A DNA stretch of 64,000 nt from Paraphysomonas bandaiensis (lineage: Eukaryota; Protista; Chrysophyceae): the NCBI GenBank assembly GCA_965644295.1, contig CBFFRP010000457.1, positions 62,001-126,000 of the forward strand, given 5' to 3'. A program made the position numbers and the translations under genes. Positions 1 to 11,910 of the stretch are shown here, piece by piece. Below the pieces are notes generated by a model that was not told the origin of the DNA, searched no databases, and was given only the letters and a program-made list of their open reading frames with translations. Numbering within the stretch: position 1 is the stretch's first letter; the number at the start of each line of letters is the position of its first letter.

Positions 1-3000
1 GAAAATCAAAATCTCTGAGCACACCGGTATATATCTTTATTATTGTCTTTGTGGAATGGTACTGTGTAGTTGTATCTATGTAATACTGTATGTGTGCAAT
101 GATGAAGATGTCTTTCGTTATGGAATGGTTGTAAAATGCATCCTCCAGATGAATATTACATGAAAATCAAAATCTCTGAGCACACCAGTATATATCTTTA
201 TTATTGTCTTTGTGGAATGGTACTATGTAGTTGTATCTATGTAATACTGTATGTGTGCAATGATGACGATGTCTTTCGTTATGGAATGGTTGTAAAATGC
301 AGCCTCCAGATGAATATTACATGAAAATCAAAATCTCTGAGCACACCAGTATATATCTTTATTATTGTCTTTGTGGAATGGTACTGTGTAGTTGTATCTA
401 TGTAATACTGTATGTGTGCAATGATGACGATGTCTTTCGTTATGGAATGGTTGTAAAATTCATCCTCCAGATGAATATTACATGAAAATCAAAATCTCTG
501 AGCACACCGGTATATATCTTTATTATTGTCTTTGTGGAATGGTACTGTGTAGTTGTATCTATGTAATACTGTATGTGTGCAATGATGACGATGTCTTTCG
601 TTATGGAATGGTTGTAAAATGCAACCTCTAGATGAATATTACATGAAAATCAAAATCTCTGAGCACACCAGTATATATCTTTATTATTGTCTTTGTGGAA
701 TGGTACTATGTAGTTGTATCTATGTAATACTGTATGTGTGCAATGATGACGATGTCTTTCGTTATGGAATGGTTGTAAAATGCAGCCTCCAGATGAATAT
801 TACATGAAAATCAAAATCTCTGAGCACACCAGTATATATCTTTATTATTGTCTTTGTGGAATGGTACTGTGTAGTTGTATCTATGTAATACTGTATGTGT
901 GCAATGATGACGATGTCTTTCGTTATGGAATGGTTGTAAAATGCATCCTCCAGATGAATATTACATGAAAATCAAAATCTCTGAGCACACCGGTATATAT
1001 CTTTATTATTGTCTTTGTGGAATGGTACTGTGTAGTTGTATCTATGTAATACTGTATGTGTGCAATGATGAAGATGTCTTTCGTTATGGAATGGTTGTAA
1101 AATGCAACCTCTAGATGAATATTACATGAAAATCAAAATCTCTGAGCACACCAGTATATATCTTTATTATTGTCTTTGTGGAATGGTACTATGTAGTTGT
1201 ATCTATGTAATACTGTATGTGTGCAATGATGACGATGTCTTTCGTTATGGAATGGTTGTAAAATGCAACCTCTAGATGAATATTACATGAAAATCAAAAT
1301 CTCTGAGCACACCAGTATATATCTTTATTATTGTCTTTGTGGAATGGTACTATGTAGTTGTATCTATGTAATACTGTATGTGTGCAATGATGACGATGTC
1401 TTTCGTTATGGAATGGTTGTAAAATGCAGCCTCCAGATGAATATTACATGAAAATCAAAATCTCTGAGCACACCAGTATATATCTTTATTATTGTCTTTG
1501 TGGAATGGTACTGTGTAGTTGTATCTATGTAATACTGTATGTGTGCAATGATGACGATGTCTTTCGTTATGGAATGGTTGTAAAATGCATCCTCCAGATG
1601 AATATTACATGAAAATCAAAATCTCTGAGCACACCGGTATATATCTTTATTATTGTCTTTGTGGAATGGTACTGTGTAGTTGTATCTATGTAATACTGTA
1701 TGTGTGCAATGATGAAGATGTCTTTCGTTATGGAATGGTTGTAAAATGCAACCTCTAGATGAATATTACATGAAAATCAAAATCTCTGAGCACACCAGTA
1801 TATATCTTTATTATTGTCTTTGTGGAATGGTACTATGTAGTTGTATCTATGTAATACTGTATGTGTGCAATGATGACGATGTCTTTCGTTATGGAATGGT
1901 TGTAAAATGCAGCCTCCAGATGAATATTACATGAAAATCAAAATCTCTGAGCACACCAGTATATATCTTTATTATTGTCTTTGTGGAATGGTACTGTGTA
2001 GTTGTATCTATGTAATACTGTATGTGTGCAATGATGACGATGTCTTTCGTTATGGAATGGTTGTAAAATGCATCCTCCAGATGAATATTACATGAAAATC
2101 AAAATCTCTGAGCACACCAGTATATATCTTTATTATTGTCTTTGTGGAATGGTACTGTGTAGTTGTATCTATGTAATACTGTATGTGTGCAATGATGACG
2201 ATGTCTTTCGTTATGGAATGGTTGTAAAATGCAGCCTCCAGATGAATATTACATGAAAATCAAAATCTCTGAGCACACCAGTATATATCTTTATTATTGT
2301 CTTTGTGGAATGGTACTGTGTAGTTGTATCTATGTAATACTGTATGTGTGCAATGATGAAGATGTCTTTCGTTATGGAATGGTTGTAAAATGCAGCCTCC
2401 AGATGAATATTACATGAAAATCAAAATCTCTGAGCACACCAGTATATATCTTTATTATTGTCTTTGTGGAATGGTACTGTGTAGTTGTATCTATGTAATA
2501 CTGTATGTGTGCAATGATGACGATGTCTTTCGTTATGGAATGGTTGTAAAATGCATCCTCCAGATGAATATTACATGAAAATCAAAATCTCTGAGCACAC
2601 CAGTATATATCTTTATTATTGTCTTTGTGGAATGGTACTATGTAGTTGTATCTATGTAATACTGTGTGCAATGATGACGATGTCTTTCGTTATGGAATGG
2701 TTGTAAAATGCATCCTCCAGATGAATATTACATGAAAATCAAAATCTCTGAGCACACCAGTATATATCTTTATTATTGTCTTTGTGGAATGGTACTGTGT
2801 AGTTGTATCTATGTAATACTGTATGTGTGCAATGATGACGATGTCTTTCGTTATGGAATGGTTGTAAAATTCATCCTCCAGATGAATATTACATGAAAAT
2901 CAAAATCTCTGAGCACACCGGTATATATCTTTATTATTGTCTTTGTGGAATGGTACTGTGTAGTTGTATCTATGTAATACTGTATGTGTGCAATGATGAA

Positions 3001-4816
3001 GATGTCTTTCGTTATGGAATGGTTGTAAAATGCAACCTCTAGATGAATATTACATGAAAATCAAAATCTCTGAGCACACCAGTATATATCTTTATTATTG
3101 TCTTTGTGGAATGGTACTATGTAGTTGTATCTATGTAATACTGTATGTGTGCAATGATGACGATGTCTTTCGTTATGGAATGGTTGTAAAATGCATCCTC
3201 CAGATGAATATTACATGAAAATCAAAATCTCTGAGCACACCAGTATATATCTTTATTATTGTCTTTGTGGAATGGTACTATGTAGTTGTATCTATGTAAT
3301 ACTGTATGTGTGCAATGATGACGATGTCTTTCGTTATGGAATGGTTGTAAAATGCAGCCTCCAGATGAATATTACATGAAAATCAAAATCTCTGAGCACA
3401 CCAGTATATATCTTTATTATTGTCTTTGTGGAATGGTACTGTGTAGTTGTATCTATGTAATACTGTATGTGTGCAATGATGACGATGTCTTTCGTTATGG
3501 AATGGTTGTAAAATGCATCCTCCAGATGAATATTACATGAAAATCAAAATCTCTGAGCACACCGGTATATATCTTTATTATTGTCTTTGTGGAATGGTAC
3601 TGTGTAGTTGTATCTATGTAATACTGTATGTGTGCAATGATGAAGATGTCTTTCGTTATGGAATGGTTGTAAAATGCAACCTCTAGATGAATATTACATG
3701 AAAATCAAAATCTCTGAGCACACCAGTATATATCTTTATTATTGTCTTTGTGGAATGGTACTATGTAGTTGTATCTATGTAATACTGTATGTGTGCAATG
3801 ATGACGATGTCTTTCGTTATGGAATGGTTGTAAAATGCAGCCTCCAGATGAATATTACATGAAAATCAAAATCTCTGAGCACACCAGTATATATATTTAT
3901 TATTGTCTTTGTGGAATGGTACTGTGTAGTTGTATCTATGTAATACTGTATGTGTGCAATGATGACGATGTCTTTCGTTATGGAATGGTTGTAAAATGCA
4001 TCCTCCAGATGAATATTACATGAAAATCAAAATCTCTGAGCACACCAGTATATATCTTTATTATTGTCTTTGTGGAATGGTACTGTGTAGTTGTATCTAT
4101 GTAATACTGTATGTGTGCAATGATGACGATGTCTTTCGTTATGGAATGGTTGTAAAATGCAGCCTCCAGATGAATATTACATGAAAATCAAAATCTCTGA
4201 GCACACCAGTATATATCTTTATTATTGTCTTTGTGGAATGGTACTGTGTAGTTGTATCTATGTAATACTGTATGTGTGCAATGATGAAGATGTCTTTCGT
4301 TATGGAATGGTTGTAAAATGCAGCCTCCAGATGAATATTACATGAAAATCAAAATCTCTGAGCACACCAGTATATATCTTTATTATTGTCTTTGTGGAAT
4401 GGTACTGTGTAGTTGTATCTATGTAATACTGTATGTGTGCAATGATGACGATGTCTTTCGTTATGGAATGGTTGTAAAATGCATCCTCCAGATGAATATT
4501 ACATGAAAATCAAAATCTCTGAGCACACCAGTATATATCTTTATTATTGTCTTTGTGGAATGGTACTATGTAGTTGTATCTATGTAATACTGTATGTGTG
4601 CAATGATGACGATGTCTTTCGTTATGGAATGGTTGTAAAATGCATCCTCCAGATGAATATTACATGAAAATCAAAATCTCTGAGCACACCAGTATATATC
4701 TTTATTATTGTCTTTGTGGAATGGTACTGTGTAGTTGTATCTATGTAATACTGTATGTGTGCAATGATGACGATGTCTTTCGTTATGGAATGGTTGTAAA
4801 ATGCATCCTCCAGATG
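1..4816. repeat. 161-bp tandem satellite array (~30 units, truncated by window start)
   Basis: Near-identical 161-bp units recur (ORF-track starts 136, 297, 619, 780...); only a few variable sites and one 4-bp deletion near 2665. Confidence 0.98.
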
Positions 4817-4888
4817 TGAAGGTTGTTTTTCGTGATAGAGGATATATATTTTTTACTGTAACTTATAACTTGTATTATTGTGCTTCAG

Positions 4889-6710
4889 GATGAAGAAGAT
4901 GCTGATGACGATTTTGATATTTCTGATGTGGAAGAAGCTGTTGCTGCTCAAACTGCCCCTTTGGGATCCCGTAGCCGTACGGTGCGCCAATCAGGTGATT
5001 CGAAGGAAGATGAGGACACAAAGGAATTAAAGTCCCTTAAGACTGGTGAATTCTTTGATGCTCTTACTGCGCCTGAGACTGGAGTTAAAGAGACAGGTGT
5101 CTACATGCTTAAATGGATTTTCGAGGTTATTATTTTTACGCTGTTGCTGTAGGTTTTGTACTAGAGGGGCGTGATAATGATTTGGATACAGTGAAGTGGA
5201 ATCCTCCCAGTAAAGTAGTGAAGCGTGTCACGCGAAGACTGAAGGCTGATGGTACGGAAGAAATTGAAGTTCGGTTTATAGTGTCCGATGTTGAGGTGGA
5301 ACGTGTGAAGCGGGAAAAAAATCAACGGATCCAGCAATCTAAGAGTGCGGGGCACTCAAATTCATCTGTGTCAGGCCGTAGGGCATCAAAAGGTGCCAGA
5401 GATGAAGAGATATTTGAAGAAGAAATTGGCGATGAATATGGTCTGAAGTTCAATTTCAGTAGAATGAAAAATAAGGTAACATAGCGTGTGATCTTGTTGA
5501 GTGCTGTAAATTTGATCGTGACCAGGTGGAGAAGCACGTCATGGAAGAAGAGAAACGAAGAAATCTTGAGGATTTAGAAGAGCAGCGAGAGTTTGAAAAA
5601 TACCTTAGACCGGAGAGGTCACGGAGAGACAGATTGGCCAATAGAAAGAATGAATGCCAGCGAAATTCGCGTCTCCCTCATGTCCTTCTTGCATCGTCTC
5701 TGGAAAAGGTATGTAGCGTAAAAATACGAAGGTCATTTGATTTCATTATCCTTACAATAAGCTTTACAAAGGAGTATTTGCAATATATTAGTTTCTATTT
5801 TATATTCATCGTATTTAATTAATGTATGCAGATCATTACAAGATTATCAAACCGCAAAATTTCATCGGAATTTTATTTTCCTGTGGACACTAGAATATAC
5901 ACAACCTATTTGAATGTCGTAAAGCAGCCAATTTGTCTTCGAGATATTCGTGATAAAAATGGTGAGGAAACTTTCATTGACTTGCATGCTGAGTGCCTAG
6001 CTGTTGTACCATTATAGTTGATGTTTTGGCATTGGTTAAGTTCTCGGTTATTGGTTAATCTGATATTTATTGTGTCTGATGTGATCAATATGTGTGCAGC
6101 CAGATACGAGTACCCCAACGTAGAAAGCTTATTAGCTGATATTAAACTTATGGCTGATAATGCTGCGGCTTTCAATGGCGATTCTTCGACACTCGCTAGA
6201 AATGCCAATGATTTATATAATTCGGCGATAAAACTATATGAATCCGACCGGAAGATGTTTGATATACAGGAGAGTGATACCAGAGCAAAGTAAGTACCTA
6301 TATTTGACGGCGTATATTTATTCTTTTGATAAGTCCCTGATGACATGATTTAGCTGGTGCATATCGTTCTATACCATTGTTATGTGTTGCTGAAATATGG
6401 ACGTGAAATAGATCTCGTGTTTCTAAACGATTCTTGCTATGCCAGATTTAATGCACTGGAGCGTCCCCTGTACAAGTCAATGGTTTCAATTCCTGATGTA
6501 ACAGCCCTTCCATCCACGGCATCGATTCCAGCACCACCATCTACTACGACTTTAGCTAGTGAAAATTTCTCGTCAAGCTCCAAAACACATGATCATGGGC
6601 CCGCTCAGGCTCCAGCTCCAACTGAGTCTCAAAATCATACCTTGTACGAGCAGTTTGAAGATGCCAGTAGCGGCGAAGAGGAAGTGTTGGAGGAAGGCGG
6701 AGGCATATAG
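4889..6710 (+). CDS. TAF1: 3' exons of a TAF1-like (TFIID subunit 1) bromodomain protein; 5' exons outside window
   Basis: GT-AG spliced exons starting after cttcag at 4888 (e.g. intron 5097-5152 keeps frame); KVVKRVTRRLKADGTEEIEVRFIV resembles the TAF1 C-terminal region; bromodomain motifs FYFPVD..Y..VVKQPICLRDI and Y.NVESLLADIKLMADNAAAFNG; stop at 6710. Confidence 0.7.
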
Positions 6711-6907
6711 CTACGTTAGTGAAATTTCTTCTATATGAGGTATTGAAGGACAGATTCTTAATGTAAGTAGGGAATGGAAGGACCCAAGCAGAAGTTCTCA
6801 ACCGTGTAGTGCTGCAAGAAATATTGCTGAAGTCATGAAAGTGGTTGGAATTGTAATGTATGTGGTAGCTAGGAGAGCATCCTAATGATCAATTCAATAT
6901 ATTTGTT

Positions 6908-7390
6908 ACAGTTGGAGTATGAGCTCCATCGCTTCTCTTCATTCCATAGTGTACTGTGTACTTGCGTACTTATACACTGTACATAGGTACGAGCTTGTCA
7001 GTTACACTTACGATGGTTGAGTTTGTGTCTAGATTGTTCTTTTGTATCTCTCATAATTGTATAACATATAATTAAGTTCGATTGTTTCCTCTCGTTCACT
7101 TCTGTTCGACATCACTTGCTTACTTGAACACTTGAACTACCATCCGCTACCAAGTAAGCAAGTGATGTCGAACAGAAGTGAACGAGAGGAAACAATCGAA
7201 CTTAATTATATGTTATATAATTATGAGACACACAAAAGAACAATCTAGACACAAACTCAACCATCGTACGTGTAACTGACACCATCGTACGTGTAACTGA
7301 CAAGCTCGTACCTATGTACAGTGTATAAGTACGCAAGTACACAGTACACTATGGAATGAAGAGAAGCGACGGAGCTCATACTCCAACTGT
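6908..7390. repeat. Long inverted repeat / foldback (arms ~220 bp, ~24-nt spacer)
   Basis: ACAGTTGGAGTATGAGCTCC...CACTTGCTTACTTG (6908-7126) is the near-perfect reverse complement of CAAGTAAGCAAGTG...GGAGCTCATACTCCAACTGT (7151-7390); right arm has a ~21-bp tandem duplication. Confidence 0.93.
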
Positions 7391-8191
7391 TACAACACCG
7401 GGCATTCACTTTTGAACTACACCATATGTGCTATGAATAGCCAATCTTAACGACTATTAACGGACAGTTCTGTGTATCCCTGTAACGTATTAGCCCCTTT
7501 TTGGTAGGTTTCATGAAGAGTGGTAGAATATTAGAGATGCTGGAGTCTAGAGAAAACCTGGTATCTATAATGCATAGGCAATTCCTAGATTATTTTCGAT
7601 TAGGGTTAAAAGATTCCTAAATAAGTACAGTAGAAGTTTTTCGTAATAAAAAGTTACTATAAATCCTCGGGTCCAAAACTTTTGGTACTGCAAGTTCTGT
7701 GCTCTCTAAAAACAAAAAACATGCGTATTATTATACACTTATATACAGCAATTCTTAAAAAAACAAGAAGACATTTCTCACAGCGCTGAACGTCTAAAAG
7801 TCGAGAAAATCGCCATAATATATATTATAAGCAGTATAGAATAACAAAAGAAAACCAGGAATTGCTCCAGTGCAAAAAACAATATCCAGAGTTTATTATT
7901 TTATATATGCGGAACTGCAATATACTGTTCCCTAGCCCTGACATTAAGTAGCCATTAGATCATGATATTCAGACTTGAGTAATTAATTGAGCAGGGTGAT
8001 TTCTATATGTTGCGTTAGCATTAAATTTTGTATTGGCTTAAATACAGTAGAAAGTGAGCTTAAGGCCAGTGCATTTCGGAAGTAAATCTAAATACGTTCG
8101 CATTGGGCGAGACAAAGATCGTGGATAGAATTACGGGCCGGAGGAAGAGGCCTTGTGAAGGGGGGAAAACATTAGAACGTGAAAGAAATTA

Positions 8192-10688
8192 CAGTTCGTT
8201 CACCCATAACTAACTGCTCAAAAAACGGTCGACAGTTACGTTTTTTTCAGTTATTGAGTTTGATAATATTTCAGGAAATCTCTCAATTTCACCACGACTG
8301 CTCCCACACACCCTTCCAAACCGACTTGACACTGTCACTCAGGTCACAGGCTTCCATTTGCATGCTTAAGATATCTCATTCATACTCTATGTCCAATATT
8401 AGAATGATGCCAACACAATGGTCCCAAAATTTTCGAGGTCCGGTGGCGTGCAAAATATATATTTTGCATTTCACCTCAAACGAACTCCTTATTTTGTGGT
8501 AAGTATCGCAACATCACTGGTGACAATCTCACGTTGGGTATTTTTATTTAAGGGCCTGCTTGTTTCAAACATGGCGATTAACAAGAGATCAAAATCTGTC
8601 AGAAAATCATCCCATGGAAAGAGGTCTGCAGTGGATACAATGCACGGTCAAAAGGGCAGGAAGAATAGAGAGAAAAGAGAATTACGTGCAAGGCGACGTC
8701 CAGTGGGGATAGAGGAAGAATTAGTCCAAGAAGACCCTGAGGTGGTGGAGGAAAAAGCAGAAGTTCAGTGTGACTTCAGAGACAGGGCTGTTGCCATTCG
8801 GGAGGAGCTATGTCGACCTCAGGGCCAATTGGCATCATTCGATGATGTTGTTAATGTCTTACGCATCTATTCTAATGTTATTATGAAGAAGAGAGCAAGC
8901 AATCACACCGCAGCCATTAAATTTACTGCTGACGCATTACAGATGAGCGACACGACTGTTAGACATATCATTCAGGAGTATGACACAAATGGTCAAGAAG
9001 TGTACTGTACCCCGTGCAGTATAGCACCAACTCGAGGTACAGGCAGCAAGGCCTATGTTTATGAGCACATGAAAATTCAGAAAGAGATGCTTATTTCATG
9101 TCATGACTACATTATGAATGAATTGCGGGATGGTGTAAGGCATACATATGCGGACCTGCATCGGTATCTCGAGAACCAATTTGACATCAAAGTGTCATAC
9201 ACCGCTTTACGAAAACGAATGTGCTTTGACTTTGATTATGTTAATGGTGTCATTCCATATAACACTACTTCAGTAAAAATAACACTGCAAATCCGACGAT
9301 TTATGCTGTTGTATAGTGGTACGTTATTGTTGAAGAAATTATGTTATTTTATATACAAAAACCGATGATGATGTATGTGCTCTGATACCGTAACATTTAT
9401 TACTTGTTATGGTGTGTATTAACATTAGCGTCTCTACAGATGCAATTAAAAAGGAAAAACAAAGGAGTGCCTGCATTGCATACATGGATGAGACATGGGT
9501 GTGGAGATATCATAGCAGGAAGACTGGCATAGGACCCAAAGGAGTGACACGGCAAGGAACAAAGTCGTCGAAGGGAGATCGTTTGATAATTGTCGATGCA
9601 ATTACTTCTGATGGTGCAATTCGTTGGCAATTAGAGAATGAAAAAGGTAAATTATGGTCGACGTTGTGGTCCTTCCTCTATACAAAATCAGGAGACTACC
9701 ACACTGCCATGAATTTCGAGTCGTTTCAGAAATGGATTAACTGTTGTTTTGTTCCAACATGGAAGAGAAAGTATCATGGTACCCCTTGCATTCTAGTATT
9801 GGACAATGCCCCCTACCATATGGGAGGCATGATTAACCCACATCGTCTCAGCAAGAGTGAGTGTACGCTGCATTTGCGCAAGTGTCTGCCTAGGGGGTCC
9901 CGTATTACTGTCAACAGGAATGGCACGCTGCTTCAGTTTGAAGTGCCTAGGCATGGAGGGTTTCCAAATTCTCCAGCAGGTCCATCTCTCAGGGAGCTTC
10001 AAGAGGCTGTTCACGACATTCTAGCTGATTACAAGCCTCGCGACTTGCTGACTTGGGTAGAATGTCGCTTTGCAGAGCTTGGTTGGGAGGTGATATTTAC
10101 CCCACCTTACATATGTAATTTCCAACCGATAGAACTCTACTGGGCAAACATCAAAAATAGCATTGGACGAAGGTACTTTTCTGGTAGAGACATGAAGTGG
10201 ATACAAGACTTCTTCAAAATGCATTCTGTAACCATTAAGTGTGATTCTTTGGTTAGACATGCGCATGATTGTATGAATACCTGCCTTAGACAGGATAATT
10301 TGTTGGGTGGTGTGTATGACAATGTAACTGTACTTGACGATGACATTAGAGAGAATATACTAGCAAATAACTCTAAGTTTATGTCTGAAAAAGAAATGGA
10401 AGATATACAGAACCCATCTGAGGTGGCTGTACACTTCACTATTTACAGGAATGGTGATATGGATTAGGGCCATATTTTGTAAGTGTAAAAATCACGAATT
10501 TTGAACTGTTCACTTTCACTTATCTTAACGGTATAGTAAAACGGCTAGTAGGTAGAAGCTAAAACTTTGTCTCATATATCTTTGTGACATAAGCTTTCAG
10601 TGCATATGCTTACTTTTTAAGACTTATGTCTAGTTCTAGAAATATACTTGCTGATATTAGGAGCAGTTAGTTATGAGTGAACGAACTG
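8192..10688 (+). mobile_element. IS630/Tc1/mariner DNA transposon (Sailor-like), full length
   Basis: 28-bp TIRs CAGTTCGTTCACCCATAACTAACTGCTC / GAGCAGTTAGTTATGAGTGAACGAACTG (1 mismatch), TA on both sides (8190-8191, 10689-10690), internal transposase. Confidence 0.95.
8571..10467 (+). CDS. DDE transposase (DD109E), two exons, ~591 aa
   Basis: Intron 9319-9439 (GTACGT...CTACAG) joins the two ORFs in frame (YS-DAIKK); catalytic motifs YMDETW, LVLDNAPYH, TPPY..FQPIELYW. Confidence 0.9.
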
Positions 10689-10801
10689 TAGCTCTAGTAA
10701 TAATAACTAGATATCTTTGAATGGCGTGCAACCAAGGAAATCAATCTAATTATATGTTATGTAATATAGTTATATGAGAGATATGAAAATGCTATCTACA
10801 T

Positions 10802-11549
10802 CAGGGTTAGGGAACAATATATATAGCACCCTACAGTGTAGAATGGTTTCGTATATGTCTATCTCAATATTGATTGCAATATATTGGGAGCTACTTTTTA
10901 CAGGTGTAATATATATAAGAGAATCAGCACTAGATAAGTAGCTAGATGAAAACTTGTCAAGCTGGATTGACGTCTACCTGTCTGTGAGTAGCTAGTACAA
11001 ATTCTCATATCCTACTATGTAACGCTACGAAAGCTACTTGTGCGTCGTCCCAAGCACCAAGGTGCAACCACTTCCACCCTTTATGGAGTGAGTCCGAAGA
11101 GTGCAAATGGGCTTGGTCAGGGGGGCGTCCCTTGGGGTAGAATTCTGCAAGGCTTTGGGGAGGCACAGGGTTATGAATTAGTTAGTCGAGTGTTCTTAGC
11201 CTGAGAAAGATGGGCAAGGGGATCGATTGGGGGCCGCGAGTTGGCCCTGGGGCAGAGAAGTAGCTGGCGGAGGCTACACCGTGGCCTTTCCACTTGCGCA
11301 GGGATTGTGGAAGAGGTGAACGTGTGGGGTGAGCTGCGTCTCCTCTGTGTAGTTACACCTAGTAAGCGAAGAACCCGCGGTTTCTGTCATGTGTTGCTGT
11401 CTCTGACGTATTCTGGGGGTCTGTGTGGCAATATATTGTTTCCTAGCCCTGGCGTGGCCCCTTGGGTGTGGTAAGAGCCGCTTCGACAGAAACAATATTG
11501 ATGGAATATTTGGCCGATGCACCAATCAATATATTGTTCCGTAGCCCTG
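10802..11549. mobile_element. hAT-type non-autonomous element (MITE) containing a nested repeat fragment
   Basis: TIRs CAGGGTTAGGGAACAATATAT / ATATATTGTTCCGTAGCCCTG with perfect 8-bp TSD ATCTACAT (10794-10801, 11550-11557). Confidence 0.88.
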
Positions 11550-11910
11550 ATCTACATACACGCAATACGCATGCACAGCCAGCACAGTAGTCGTATGTAT
11601 ACATTGGAATGAAGAGAATTGTCGGATTTCAAACTTCAACTAAGGTGGATTAGCAAGGCGTGGGAGTAAACGACAAAAGAACAATCATAGAGTGGGAGAT
11701 TTACAATATCTATTAGCGATTACACAATGTGAATTAGTAACAAACACCGTACGATAAAAGAAATTATGCACACTACTCCCTTAATCCACAGGAGAAACAG
11801 CGATGTAGCACCTACATATGCATTAAGCCTCTCACAAAAGAATTCGAGTAAAAAAACATTTATATCATATGTATGTATATGTAAGTTTTGCGAACTGTCG
11901 TCGCATATAT

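Noticed and set aside
136-4667. 62-aa ORFs repeated in the satellite; possible CRISPR-like array
   Set aside because: By-products of the 161-bp unit; no unique spacers, units are identical end to end, eukaryotic context.
10802-10812. Telomere-like GGGTTAGGG
   Set aside because: Single occurrence that is part of the hAT TIR.
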